A stretch of DNA of 63,228 nt, filler included, from Nemertoderma westbladi (GCA_032718475.1; 3 parts of 3 records of this genome joined end to end with filler, not necessarily neighbours in it); one strand, 5' to 3'; numbered from the whole stretch's first letter, positions 48,418 through 62,400 are shown. A program made the numbers and translations. Notes: a model not told the origin generated them from the letters alone.

Positions 48418-51267
48418 ATCCGTAACACTACTCAGACAGTAGTCATGATCCATTATTGATTATAAAACTAATACAGTAATAGGCCTAAATTATGTGAAAG
48501 GTATATCCACATTTTCCACAATCCTGCAATCCAGTTTGGCCTATCAATTATTTAAAATTTATTAGCACAACCGGTAGGCCTACCATTACCGTATTTAAAT
48601 GGTAGGCTACACAGTAGGCCTATAGCAGTACCGGTGCCGGTACCGGTACTAAAATACAGAAATACCTGCTTTATACCTACATCTGTCTGTACATACAATA
48701 CAGCAAAATAGTGCTATATATACTAATACCGGTACTGATAGCCTAAGAGAACAGCAGTAGAGAAACCGGTAGCATGGAACCTAACATTAGACTTTTGGAG
48801 GACATAAAAAATCAAAAAAAAAAGGACAAAAAAGGATTTAAACGGACAATAAAAATTATTGCGATAAAAAATTATCAGATCACTGCGTAATGACGTCAAA
48901 TATGTAGCAGCCAATCACAGCCGATTTTCAATATTGGCTTCCCGCGCTTACTTAAACCCGTCATTTCGACCGTTTCCTCGTGTTTTTACAAAAAACACAC
49001 CCGCCACTCAAATCAGGGCACCTTGATACCCCTTATTCAATTGTTTCTAGCCCAACAATTTTTTCGCGCACCATCCCTATTGCAGTTACTATACAACAAC
49101 TAACTGTACGATAAATAATCTTACATTTAGCATACAATGTTTATCATCAATGGGGATATAGGGAATACTCAATCACGTGTTCTATAACTTTATTGTTTCT
49201 AAGTTATTGAATACATACTTTGCAGCTTTATGAGGATAGCACCACAACGCTAAATAAATTGTCTTAATGTCACAAACAATAACTGATATAGAGACAATTA
49301 TTTGTTGTTGTGTATTCGGTGTCAAGCGGATTCACAGGCGATACAAATATAACACCTAGTATTTAAACGATTAACCCCCTATTGTAAATATGTCCAAGAC
49401 CACCTGCATTTCCTATGTATAGTTTCGCCTAATTAGATAATTTTCATTGCTTTTATGTCCCGGCCCCACTGAGTGTTTGTATTTTATCAACATTGACGTT
49501 CTGTTTCTTAGTTCAAACCTACTACTACAATCTCAATGCTCGATGTACCAGTTGTTGTTGTACCCAAAGCTCTCACTCTAGTACCCTACCCACCAACCTT
49601 AGTGCCATCCACACTATACACCGATATCCCATTTCATTCTAAAAAATTGTTCTTAGTTTTATTTTTCCCTAAAAGGTAGATGTGCTGTTATTTTTATCAT
49701 TCATTTTATTTTTCCCTTCTTTATAAATTATCTAACAACTAAATATTTCGTAAATTTTTTGTGTATATAAATTTTTCTATGACAGCTAAGCAATATTAAT
49801 ATGAATTAAATTTCCTAGATGAGACTTATTGTCAGCGTCTGTGTAGTATTTTCTTATTTTCAGTGGTTTTTTTTCTAATATTTAATGTCCTCATTTTTAA
49901 CACGAGGCACTGTTTGTTATTTATCATAATCAATGTGTAGTAATGTAATTAATTATATAATTCAGAATTAAAATATATACAATATTTCATTGAATTATTT
50001 CTTCTATTTATTCGACATTATGTGGCTCGTAGTCCCTAAGTCAGTGGTCCTTGGAAGGCCCAAGAACCTGTTGCCTACAAGTGGTTGTTAAGACATCCAT
50101 TGCGAGGTCACACGTTCGACACCACGCCAACCAGTTCGAGAATATATTGTATTTATCACTGGAGCTCTGATCGGGTTCCTGCAGCTATTACTAGTTTGTT
50201 TGTGGCTGGGTGGCTGGTTGGGTTTATGGCTGGCTGGGTTTGTGGCTAGAATGTTTGAACACTAATAAGTCGGTCAATCGTTGATGAAATGGAACCAAAC
50301 TTGGTACACATGTAGTCCATTAAGAAATTCTACACACATACAGACTTCTATGTTCCTCTGTCTTCTGCTAGGGGGCGAATTGACAGAAACGTAAAATAAG
50401 CTGTAATTATAGAACCAACCATCAGATTCATCTGAAATTCGGTAGTAGAAACCTACGAGCATTGCTTAATTAGAAATTCTACAGAGACTTTTACAGTTCC
50501 TGTCTGCCGCTAGTGGGGAATTGTTAGAGCTCCAGTTCATCGAGCTTAGCACGGTTTAATTAAATATGATAAAATAGCCTCGCGCAGATGTAACTTGCTA
50601 AATCCCATATCTCAGCTATCTCAATGCAAATTAGATTGTATTACATATTTCGAATCCTTGCAACCTTATCTTTCCTCGGTATCATCAGAAAGCTAGAAAG
50701 TTGAAGAATAACTGCGGTGTAACTGGTGCAATATCGACGGATACACCTTTTCCAAACGTTTGTAGCTAAAGAATGAAAGCAAAAATAAAACTTCTAGAGG
50801 AGGAGGGAGGTGGAACTAACTCTGTATCAAATTTTATGCAATCTCATTAAGATTTGTAGAAATGTTCGGGGGGGGGGGGGGGGGTCACAGAATCATGACA
50901 CTTTATTCCGGGGCAGAGTGTAGGCATTGTCTCTTCTATTAACATTTTTAACCAGCTTATATAATTAAAGTTGTAACTTTCTCATAAAACTGAGAGAATG
51001 AAAAATAAGTGTTGTTTGTATGTCGCAACGAGCTTTCTAACGAATTACCATAGTAACAGTAGTTGTAGTAATAATGTAAATAATGTAGCAATAATAATAT
51101 TGAGAAATCCAGTACATTTAAATATTACTATTTTTTATACACCACTACCTTTAATATAATATAGTAGCTTTTATGTTTAATTGAACATTTGTTTAACTCC
51201 TTCCATAGTGTAGGCGTTAAACAAACCTACACATCGGTAGTGAAATGTAGCTATTTGAAAAGAATTT

Positions 51268-52395
51268 GTTCTTCTAGAACAAATATTTTTTGTTCTAGAA
51301 CATTTTTTAAAAATTTGACAAATTTTCTAACAACTTATTTTTATGTATCGTATATTATTTAATTATCTATAATTTGCTCTCATGTCAAACAATCGATCAT
51401 GCGAATACTGAAAAGGCACAACGAAGAAGCTTCTTCAGAACCACCTCGCTGAATTTTGTTGGAAGTTCACAAAGAATCGTCACTTTATAGTATTTGTACT
51501 GCTACTAGTGTGTTTTGTGCACACCCACCCTCACATTTTTTATACTATCTAGTTTATGTTACGTTTTTTTAATGTTCTAGAACATATTGTCTATTTATTT
51601 TTTTATTAATTGTGTTCTAGAACAAATAATTGTCGTTCTAGAACAAAATTAATTAATTAGATATTTTTTAAGTTATCAAAGCTAGTTTTTTTATTTTATT
51701 TTTTTAATGTTCTAGAACATTTCGTCTATTCATTTTTGTGAAAAGTAATGTTCTACAACAAATATTTTTTGTCCTAGAACATTTAAAAAAATGTTATTTT
51801 GTGGTTTTTTTTATTTGATTAGTAAGTGTTAAAAACAATTACTAACAACTATAAATTTTCATTGTAGCTAGTGATTTTTATTAAATATGTGATACAAAGA
51901 TAACATAGAATAAAAAATTTACAAATTGCCTAGTTTTTTGTTTTTTTTGTTCTAGAACAAATAATATTTGTTCCAGAACAAAATTTTTATATTAAATGAA
52001 TAGATAATATGCTCTAGAACATTTTTTTTTAAAAGGAAACAAAAACTAGCTAGTTTAAAAAATTTATACAAAGATAACATACAATAAAAAATGAAAAATA
52101 TAAACAAATTAGCTTGTTTTTTCCTATTTTTTTGTTCTAGAACAAAAAATATTTGTTCTAGAACGAAATTTTTATATTAAATGAATAGACAATATGTTCT
52201 AGAACGTGTTTTAAAAAAAGTAACAAAAACTAGCTAGTATAAAAAATTTGACGGGGTTGTGCACAAAACACACTAGTACCATGTGTACCCATAAACTAGT
52301 TTTTGCTACTCTTTTTTTAATTTTTATGTCATGTTAGTTATTGTTAGGAAAAAATTATGTTCTGGAACAAATATTTTTTGTTCTAGAACATTTAT
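51268..52395. repeat. Foldback-like region rich in GTTCTAGAAC palindromes
   Basis: About 15 or more TTCTAGAA-type copies; inverted pair tactagtgtgttttgtgcac (~51503) / gtgcacaaaacacactagta (~52259). Confidence 0.7.
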
Positions 52396-53617
52396 TCAAA
52401 AAATGAACTAATTTAATTCGAAGTAATTGTCATGTGTAATGCATTGTTTAATTATCTATGAACATTAACTAATAGCTACCAATTTTTACGTTAGCTAGCG
52501 ATTTTGCAAGTTGGCTATTATTTTTGAAAGAGTGATTTTTTCAATTACACCCTTATATACTGTACTGTTCCTTTTATATTCCCACCACAACTACACAACT
52601 TTATTTTATAAATTTATTCCAGAAATTGTATTATTGTTGCTGTGGTTACAGTTGAAATAAATATTACCCTTACCCACACCCCTCCCCCCCCCCCCCCCCA
52701 CCCACATTTTTTTTAAATTTCAATCATATGCTACGAAATTTGGTATGATGATAGTTCGATAACTTTTTTTTACTGATGGCAGAGCCGGATTTCACTATTT
52801 ATTTATTTCTATACAACAAGCCTTTAAAAACGCATTTTTAGCAATATTTAACAATATCTGCTGGCTTTATATTTTGTGTTTTGAATGTAATCCGTAATCC
52901 AGATATCATATTAGAATTATTTGGTTTTGGCTATAATTTGGAATATACAGTAGGTGCCTAAGAGGTTATTCTAGATGATAGGTAAGAAAAATTGGCCTAT
53001 GTGAAGAATAACAGGATTTCACTTCTCGGTCGACTTTTTATTGGAATTTTATATATGAAGATTTTTTATTTTTTTTAATTTATCTTTATTAAGTGTTTTA
53101 TAGCGTTTATTTCTGTCTTATAACCTGTACATGTACTAATTCGTTTATTGTTTTGGTTAGATTCAGCCCTTCTGTAACCTGTGTTTTTGGTGAAAACCAG
53201 GTATTCTTCACATGAGGGTAACTGCAAAGTGAAATATAACGGCAGAAAGTCTGGTATTCTTCACATGGGCCGACAATTTTTTTTTCGCTAATTAATATTA
53301 GTCAATACTAGTTAAAAATAAAAAATCACTTGGTTGCGCTTAAAACCCTAAGGCTTTTACAGGTTTGAATCTAATCACATGAAAGTTTTTTATATGATAG
53401 ATCAAAGATGGAAAAAATTTTGTGAAAATAATTCTGCACCGCTAGGTTTGTTATAAATAGTATTAAATTTTATTAACAAAAAATTTCGAAAAGTTGTCTG
53501 ATACTTTTATGCAGGGTGGAAATTTTCCGACTAATTGCTCAAAAATTGTAGAAGTTCATAAAAAAAATATTTGGAAATAATTGACCTTTCATTATACATA
53601 GTAATAGTCATTTCAAT

Positions 53618-53717
53618 NNNNNNNNNNNNNNNNNNNNNNNNNNNNNNNNNNNNNNNNNNNNTTAATTAATTAANNNNNNNNNNNNNNNNNNNNNNNNNNN
53701 NNNNNNNNNNNNNNNNN
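53618..53717. other. Assembly gap with artificial all-frame-stop linker
   Basis: 44 N + TTAATTAATTAA + 44 N. Confidence 0.97.
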
Positions 53718-56700
53718 AGACGGGACAGTGTCCCACGGATGCTAGGGAGACGGGAAAGTGTCCCACGGATGCTAGGGAGACGGGACTGTGGCCCACGAGT
53801 GCTAGGGAGACGGGACAGTGTCCCATGGATGTTAGGGAGATGGGACAGTGACCCATGGTTGCTAGGGAGACGGGCCAGTGACCCGCGGTTGCTAGGGAGA
53901 CGGGACAGTGACCCGCGGTTGCTAGGGAGACGGGACAGTGACCCGCGGTTGCTAAGGATACGGGACAGTGACACACGGTTGCTATGGAGACGGGACAGTG
54001 ACCCGCGGTTGCTAGGGAGACGGGACAGTGACCCACGGTTGCTAGGGAGACGGGACAGTGACCCGGGGTTGCTAAGGATACTGGACAGTGACCCACGGTT
54101 GCTAGGGGACGGGACACTGACCCACGGTTGCTAGGGAGACGGGACAGTGACCCGCGGTTGCTAGGGAGACGGGACACTGACCCACGGTTGCTAGGGAGAC
54201 GGGACACTGACCCACGGTTGCTAGGGACACGGGACAGTGACCCGCGGTTGCTAGGGAGACGGGACAGTGACCCGCGGTTGCTAAGGATACGGGACAGTGA
54301 CCCACGGTTGCTATGGAGACGGGACAGTGACCCGCGGTTGCTAGGGAGACGGGACACTGACCCACGGTTGCTAGGGAGACGGGACAGTGACCCGGGGTTG
54401 CTAAGGATACGGGACAGTGACCCACGGTTGCTAGGGGGCGGGACAGTGACCCGCGGTTGCTAAGGATACGGGACAGTGACTCACGGGTGCTATGGAGACG
54501 GGACAGTGACCCACGGTTGCTAGGGAGACGGGACAGTGACCCACGGTTGCTAGGGAGACGGGACAGTGACCCGCGGTTGCTAAGGAGAAGGGACAGTGTC
54601 CCACGGATGCTAGGGAGACGGGACAGTGACCCGCAGTTGCTAGGGAGACGGGACACTGACCCACGGTTGCTAGGGAGACGGGACAGTGACCCGCGGTTGC
54701 TAGGGAGACGGGACACTGACCCACGGTTGCTAGGGAGACGGGACAGTGACCCGCGGTTGCTAGGGAGACGGGGCAGTGACCCACGGTTGCTAGGGAGACC
54801 GGACAGTGACCCATGGTTGCTAGGGAGATGGGCCAGTGACCCGCGGTTGCTAGGGAGTCGGGACAGTGACCCGCGGTTGCTAGGGAGACGGGACAGTGAC
54901 CCGCGGTTGCTAGGGAGACGGGACACTGACCCACGGTTGCTAGGGAGACGGGACAGTGACCCACGGTTGCTAGGGAGACGGGACAGTGACCCGCGGTTGC
55001 TAAGGAGACGGGACAGTGTCCCACGGATGCTAGGGAGACGGAACAGTGACCCGCGGTTGCTAGGGAGACGGGACACTGACCCACGGTTGCTAGGGAGACG
55101 GGACAGTGACCCGCGGTTGCTAGGGAGACGGGACAGTGACCCACGGTTGCTAGGGAGACGGGGCAGAGACCCACGATTGCTAGGGAGACGGGTCAGTGAC
55201 CCACGGATGCAAAAGGAGACGGGACAGTGACCCGCGGTTGCTAAGGAGACGGGACAGTGACCCACGGTTGCTATGGAGACGGGACAGTGACCTGCGGTTG
55301 CTAAGGAGACGGGACAGTGTCCCACGGTTGCTAAGGAGACGGGACAGTGACCCACGGTTGCTAGGGAGACGGGACAATGACCCACTGTTGCTAGGGAGAC
55401 GGGGCAGTGACCCACGGTTGCTAGGAAGACGGGACAGTGACCCGCGGTTGCTAAGGATACGGGACAGTGACCCACGGTTGCTATGGAGACGGGACAGTGA
55501 CCCGCGGTTGCTAGGGAGACGGGACACTGACCCACGGTTGCTAGGGAGACGGGACAGTGACCCGGGGTTGCTAAGGATACGGGACAGTGACCCACGGTTG
55601 CTAGGGGGCGGGACAGTGACCCGCGGTTGCTAAGGATACGGGACAGTGACCCACGGTTGCTATGGAGACGGGACAGTGACCCACGGTTGCTAGGGAGACG
55701 GGACAGTGACCCACGGTTGCTAGGGAGACGGGACAGTGACCCGCGGTTGCTAAGGAGACGGGACAGTGACCCGCGGTTGCTAGGGAGACGGGACAGTGAC
55801 CCACGGTTGCTAGGGAGACGGGACAGTGACCCGGGGTTGCTAAGGATACTGGACAGTGACCCACGGTTGCTAGGGGACGGGACACTGACCCACGGTTGCT
55901 AGGGAGACGGGACAGTGACCCGCGGTTGCTAGGGAGACGGGACACTGACCCACGGTTGCTAGGGAGACGGGACACTGACCCACGGTTGCTAGGGACACGG
56001 GACAGTGACCCGCGGTTGCTAGGGAGACGGGACAGTGACCCGCGGTTGCTAAGGATACGGGACAGTGACCCACGGTTGCTATGGAGACGGGACAGTGACC
56101 CGCGGTTGCTAGGGAGACGGGACACTGACCCACGGTTGCTAGGGAGACGGGACAGTGACCCGGGGTTGCTAAGGATACAGGACAGTGACCCACGGTTGCT
56201 AGGGGGCGGGACAGTGACCCGCGGTTGCTAAGGATACGGGACAGTGACCCACGGGTGCTATGGAGACGGGACAGTGACCCACAGTTGCTAGGGAGACGGG
56301 ACAGTGACCCACGGTTGCTAGGGAGACGGGACAGTGACCCGCGGTTGCTAAGGAGACGGGACAGTGTCCCACGGATGCTAGGGAGACGGGACAGTGACCC
56401 GCAGTTGCTAGGGAGACGGGACACTGACCCACGGTTGCTAGGGAGACGGGACAGTGACCCGCGGTTGCTAGGGAGACGGGACACTGACCCACGGTTGCTA
56501 GGGAGACGGGACAGTGACCCGCGGTTGCTAGGGAGACGGGGCAGTGACCCACGGTTGCTAGGGAGACCGGACAGTGACCCATGGTTGCTAGGGAGATGGG
56601 CCAGTGACCCGCGGTTGCTAGGGAGTCGGGACAGTGACCCGCGGTTGCTAGGGAGACGGGACAGTGACCCGCGGTTGCTAGGGAGACGGGACACTGACCC

Positions 56701-58034
56701 ACGGTTGCTAGGGAGACGGGACAGTGACCCACGGTTGCTAGGGAGACGGGACAGTGACCCGCGGTTGCTAAGGAGACGGGACAGTGTCCCACGGATGCTA
56801 GGGAGACGGAACAGTGACCCGCGGTTGCTAGGGAGACGGGACACTGACCCACGGTTGCTAGGGAGACGGGACAGTGACCCGCGGTTGCTAGGGAGACGGG
56901 ACAGTGACCCACGGTTGCTAGGGAGACGGGGCAGAGACCCACGATTGCTAGGGAGACGGGTCAGTGACCCACGGATGCAAAAGGAGACGGGACAGTGACC
57001 CGCGGTTGCTAAGGAGACGGGACAGTGACCCACGGTTGCTATGGAGACGGGACAGTGACCTGCGGTTGCTAAGGAGACGGGACAGTGTCCCACGGTTGCT
57101 AAGGAGACGGGACAGTGACCCACGGTTGCTAGGGAGACGGGACAATGACCCACTGTTGCTAGGGAGACGGGGCAGTGACCCACGGTTGCTAGGGAGACGG
57201 GACAGTGACCCGCGGTTGCTAGGGAGACGGGGCAGAGACCCGCGGTTGCTAGGGAGACGGGACAGTGACCCGCGGTTGCTAGGGAGACGGGACAGTGACC
57301 CACGGTTGCTAGGGAGACGGGACAGTGACCCACGGTTGCTAGGGAGACGGGACAGTGACCCACGGATGCTAGGGAGACGGGACAGTGACCCGCGGTTGCT
57401 AAGGAGACGGGACAGTGACCCACGGTTGCTAGGGAGACGGGACAGTGACCCACGGTTGCTAGGGATACGGGACAGTGACCCACGGTTGCTATGGAGACGG
57501 GACAGTGACCCACGGTTGCTAGGGAGACGGGACAATGACCCACTGTTGCTAGGGAGACGGGGCAGTGACCCACGGTTGCTAGGGAGACGGGACAGTGACC
57601 CGCGGTTGCTAGGGAGACGGGGCAGAGACCCGCGGTTGCTAGGGAGACGGGACAGTGACCCGCGGTTGCTAAGGAGACGGGACAGTGTCCCACGGTTGCT
57701 AAGGAGACGGGACAGTGACCCACGGTTGCTAGGGAGACGGGACAATGACCCACTGTTGCTAGGGAGACGGGACAGTGACCCGCGGTTGCTAGGGAGACGG
57801 GACAGTGACCCACGGTTGCTAGGGAGACGGGACAGTGACCCGCGGTTGCTAAGGAGACGGGACAGTGTCCCACGGTTGCTAAGGAGACGGGACAGTGACC
57901 CACGGTTGCTAGGGAGACGGGACAATGACCCACTGTTGCTAGGGAGACGGGACAGTGACCCACGGTTAGTAGGGATACGGGACAGTGACCCGCGGTTGCT
58001 ATGGAGACGGGACAGTGTCCCACGGTTGCTAGGG
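53718..58034. repeat. GC-rich 30-bp satellite (~144 monomers) with a 1768-bp higher-order duplication
   Basis: GACGGGACAGTGACCC(A/G)CGGTTGCTAGGGA; rare variant ggatgcaaaagg at ~55205 and ~56973. Confidence 0.97.
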
Positions 58035-58691
58035 CCCCGGTACAGCGACCAACCGTAGGGTCTTCATCTCCTTACTCTCGTACGTCGTGGTCTGCAACCG
58101 AATGAGTCCGTCCGGGCTCGCGATGTAGGAGAACCTCGTGTGGCCGCTGGGGGGCCGCAGACCGTGCGCCTGTCTGAGGTGCCGCCCCAGCGCGGCCCCC
58201 CACCCGAACCCCGTCTCGCTCTCACACAGATGGCACCGGTAGCGGTCCCCGACGGCCTCCCCGTTGTGCCGCTTCCGCGCGTGCCGCTTCACCGTGGACG
58301 GGGTGCGGGCCGCGAACTCGCAGCCCTCCACCTCGCAGCGGTACAGGCCCCCCGCGTTGTGCGTCAGGATGTGCCGCTTGATGTCGGCCTCGAACTTGCC
58401 CGCGTACTCGCAGACGGGGCACTGGTAGGGCCGGTCCTCCTGGTGGCGGGAGGTTATGTGGCGTTGGAGGGTGGACGGGAGGTTGGTGGTTACGGGACAG
58501 AAGGGACAGCGGTAGGCGTGTATGTGCTTCCCCATGTGGGCCTTCAGTAAGGACTCGGTGGGGTACATGCGTTGGCAGTGACTGCATTGGAACCGCTGGC
58601 ATTCCAACGGGGTCTGTCTACGGAGGTGGTCTAGCAGTCTCTCCCGGTTGGCGAACACTGACCCACAGGTGGGACAGGCGCATTCCTTTAC
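58029..58691 (-). CDS. HINFP: HINFP exon 2 (C2H2 fingers and PSGH.RF.Y...RLQ..YES tail)
   Basis: Acceptor gattcccag|GTA AAG GAA TGC gives VKECACPTCGSVFAN...LDHLRRQT, matching the remembered human EKVVACPTCGGMFAN...LDHIRRQT. Confidence 0.93.
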   Translation of the reverse strand, partial: VKECACPTCGSVFANRERLLDHLRRQTPLECQRFQCSHCQRMYPTESLLKAHMGKHIHAYRCPFCPVTTNLPSTLQRHITSRHQEDRPYQCPVCEYAGKFEADIKRHILTHNAGGLYRCEVEGCEFAARTPSTVKRHARKRHNGEAVGDRYRCHLCESETGFGWGAALGRHLRQAHGLRPPSGHTRFSYIASPDGLIRLQTTTYESKEMKTLRLVAVPGP

Positions 58692-59885
58692 CTGGGAATC
58701 ATTAATTAATTAACTAATTAATGGGAATATCACATTTCACACGAAACGGCAGAAGTACTGGTATAACTGATGGTATAATGACTGATGTTACTGATGGTAA
58801 ATGGTCTAACTGACACGATTAATATACCGTAAAACCCGAAATAATATATGTGCAATTGGTAACGTAAGAAATTCGGCGAAATTAAAGCTGTTCAGTTACG
58901 ATTTAGGGTTACAATGTACAATGGCACAGACAGACAGACAGACAGACTGCAGGTGGTTCTGGTTATAATTATGGTTGAGCGCTCCAATAACCCACGTATG
59001 GTTAAAACTTAATAAAAAAAAGCAAAATTATTTTTTTATTTAATTGAATAAAACCTAAAATTTCATACAAAAATTAAGAAATTTATCGAGAACCAACGAC
59101 GTGACGTAATTATTGCTGTTTTGACGGTTGTAACACCCACTAAATCGACCATTGTGGTTTCATTGCGTCTATGATAAAGTCTGTGCAGCAATTGCAATAA
59201 TCGAACTTATAACATACTGTAGAATGTTCTAGAACAACAAGTTTTGTTTCTACATTGTTACTTTTTCGCTCGAATATACCCCCAAATCGCGAAAAAGGTT
59301 TGCATCTATTTTACTTTTTTTCCCAGTGAAAAAAGTAAAATCAAATATATTGCTGGAATTTCTAAAATTTTGATAGAATACAGAATACATGTGTAGAAAG
59401 TGCATCGAAGTAGAAAAGGTTTCAGTAATTTGAGCAAAATCCATTCACACAATCAAACGTTATTGCAACTTCAGTGTCTGCGCGGCGAACTACAAAACGG
59501 AACTCAATATCCAATATTGGTTTATGTTGTTAAGCGGCTCTTTAGTTACGTAATAAATATTCGAGAACACTAAATTATTTAACATTGAGTAAGGCAACAT
59601 CAGTCCTGTCTTACTGTAGCCTACTGTATTATAGTTCAGTTGTTACTCCAGTACCGGTACTCATATCTGCATACCGGTATAGCCTATATTTGCGAGATTC
59701 CATTGCCTTTCAATTATTTTACTTTCAATTTCTGAATTTAATGGTTTTGGTTTTCAATTTCATGTTTCTGGTTAAATTTGATTAAAACCCAATAAAATCT
59801 TAAATAAAACCTTCGTTTTTCTACCGGCAGACCGGTAGGTTTTTTATTAAAACCTACCGGTAAAATAAAACCTAGTAAAAATAAC

Positions 59886-60473
59886 CTGACTGTGTTTCCT
59901 CATGTGCTCCTTCAACCAGTTGACCCGAGGAGCGGAGAACCCACAATCTAGCCAGCGACACTCGAACCGTGTAGGCCGACTCGTCTCCGCTCGTTTCGGC
60001 TCGCCACGCGCCGGGAGGTACTCGTTGCAATGGTCGGCTACGTGGCTGAAGAACAGCTCGGGGTGGTCGATCTCGGTGGTGCAGTCCCCGTAGCCGCATT
60101 GGTAACGGATGTCTTCGGGGATCCAGTTCCGGAGCGCCGACTCTTGGATGCACGGCTGCTGGTTGTAGTACTCGATCGTGCGCTGTCCGCGCCACTTTAA
60201 TTTGGAGTGGAACGTGTGGTACAGAACGTGTCGCTTCAGCCTCCCGATGTCTGTCTCATCGTCTACCGCGAAGTCGCAGTCCTCCCATTGACACTTATAT
60301 TTACTCCCAAGGTTGTTCTCTATAAACGAGTTAAAGTGTTCCTCAACATGCTGACCTAGACGGATGCTATTCTGCCACAATGTTCCGCACTGGTTCCACT
60401 CGCACAGTAAACCCATGTCCCCTCCGTGCGTCTCCTCCCGTTTCAGTCGCAGTGTTTTTCTTTTTCGATTCAT
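59886..60473 (-). CDS. HINFP: HINFP exon 1 (histone H4 transcription factor; 416 aa when spliced)
   Basis: LLCEWNQC, CQWEDCDF, RHVLYHTFHSKLK, RNWIP, LKEHMRKHSQ; donor CAG|gttatt, phase 0. Confidence 0.93.
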
Positions 60474-60899
60474 TACGGTTCTCTCTACCCAGCTACCGGA
60501 CCGGTACCGGTACTCATGTACAGATGTACTCTGGTCTGGTACTTGAGTTACCGGTAATCCAGTAATCAGTCAATCTTGATGTAACTGTAAGATAACGTTG
60601 CGTTAGGCCTACTACAGTACTGCAGTTTAAGTAGGCCTAACTGTACAGTACGTTGGCTGGTTGGTACATGCTGACTGATGGGGGGGGGGGGGGGGGGGGG
60701 GGGGATAGTATTGTTTAGTTAGCCGGATGCACTCCGGGGTTGTCATTATATAGTTGTATTTATTTTTTAATTAAATTACATAAAGTATGGGTTATATTTC
60801 ACTCCGCCGCAATACACACCAAATCAAATATTCACAATTAGTTATTCATGCACACACAAAACATACAATTTTGAATAAATAGAATAGGGGCATACTTGG

Positions 60900-61545
60900 A
60901 TGAAAAAGCTAAAAATGTTGCCATGTCATATTATCAATTAGGTAGGACTTTAGGCGTTGTTTAAAGATATTTCTGGATTTTATAGCTGTAACCTCACAGG
61001 GGAGACTGTTCCAAAATAGAGGGGCTCGGACCGAAATATAATTGTGGTCTATATTAAAAGCGAGTTAATGGGATTACTAATTTGCCTTGAGCAGATGATC
61101 TGGTGTTATAATGATGAATCTCAGACGATTTAGTACACAGATGAGAAAGCTGATGATCAGTAGTAGTAGATGAAGTGTCGAATAATAGTTGGCGTAAGTA
61201 AAAGTTATAGAGAGTTTGGAGAGGGAGGATATGTAGATTACGGTAGATATGAATATAAGAATCCCGATAGTGGCTGAATGTGATGCACCGCAATATTTTG
61301 TTTACCTTAGTTCTGAGTGGACGAATTGTTGTCGTATTGTGGAACCCCAAGATAATATGGCGTATGTAATATAAGGATGAATAAGACTAAAGTATAATGT
61401 GCGTAGAATCTGAAGGGTAAATATGTGTCTCAATTTATAAAAAATACCTGATGACTTACTAATTTTGGCTAAGATATAAGAAATGTGTGTCTTCCAATTT
61501 AATTTTTTATCCATCCATACTCCTGAGAATTTTGCGCATTCTACT
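60900..61545 (-). mobile_element. Degraded LINE 3' fragment (L2/Crack-like)
   Basis: GVWMDKKLNWKTHI...KISKSSGIFYKLRH...LYFSLIHPYITYAILSWG; HHYNTRS; APLFWNSLP. Confidence 0.8.
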
Positions 61546-61602
61546 TGATTTATAAACTAATTTTGAATTTTAACTTTTGGTAGTCCATTAACCCTTTCGA
61601 TA

Positions 61603-62400
61603 CCATGGCACATACGTCTGTTCCATGGGTAGAGCGCCATGTCACACACGTCTGTTCCATGGGTAGAGCGCCATGACACACACGTCTGTTCCATGGGTAG
61701 AGCGCCATGACACACACGTCTGTTCCATGGGTAGAGCGCCATGACACACACGTCTGTTCCATGGGTAGAGCGCCATGACACACACGTCTGTTCTATGGGT
61801 AGAGCGCCATGACACACACGTCTGTTCCATGGGTAGAGCGCCATGACACACACGTCTGTTCTATGGGTAGAGCGCCATGACATACACGTCTGTTCCATGG
61901 GCATTGCGCCATGACACACACGTCTGTTCCATGGGTAGAGCGCCATGACACACACGTCTGTTCAATGGGTAGAGCGCCATGACACACACGTCTGGTCTAT
62001 GGGTAGAGCGCCATGACAACACACGTCTGTTCCATGTGACACACACGTCTGTTCCATGGGTAGAGCGCCATGACACACACGTCTGTTCTATGGGTAGAGC
62101 GCCATGACACACACGTCTGTTCCATGGGTAGAGCGCCATGACACACACGTCTTTTCCATGGGTAGAGCGCCATGACACACACGTCTGTTCCATGGGTAGA
62201 GCGTCATGACACACACGTCTGTTCCATGGGTAGAGCGACATGACACACACGTCTGTTCTATTGGTAGAGCGCCATGACATACACGTCTGTTCCATGGGTA
62301 TTGCGCCATGACACACACGTCTGTTCCATGGGTAGAGCGCCATGACACACACGTCTGTTCTATGGGTAGAGCGCCATGACACACACGTCTGTTCCATGAC
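61603..62400. repeat. 34-bp minisatellite, ~23 copies
   Basis: ccatgggtagagcgccatgacacacacgtctgtt repeated. Confidence 0.95.

Larger units (their letters stand above)
46402..49080. mobile_element. Non-autonomous long-TIR (Mutator/foldback-like) element
   Basis: ~200-bp inverted arms 46402-46610 and ~48870-49080; flanking TGCAGCTA / TGCAGTTA. Confidence 0.8.

Noticed and set aside
53662-58058. Long ORFs (SLATVGHCPV, LSRLPSNRGS, RRDSDPRLLG repeats)
   Set aside because: By-products of a 30-bp monomer lacking stops in some frames; they occur on both strands and are broken by 1-nt indels.
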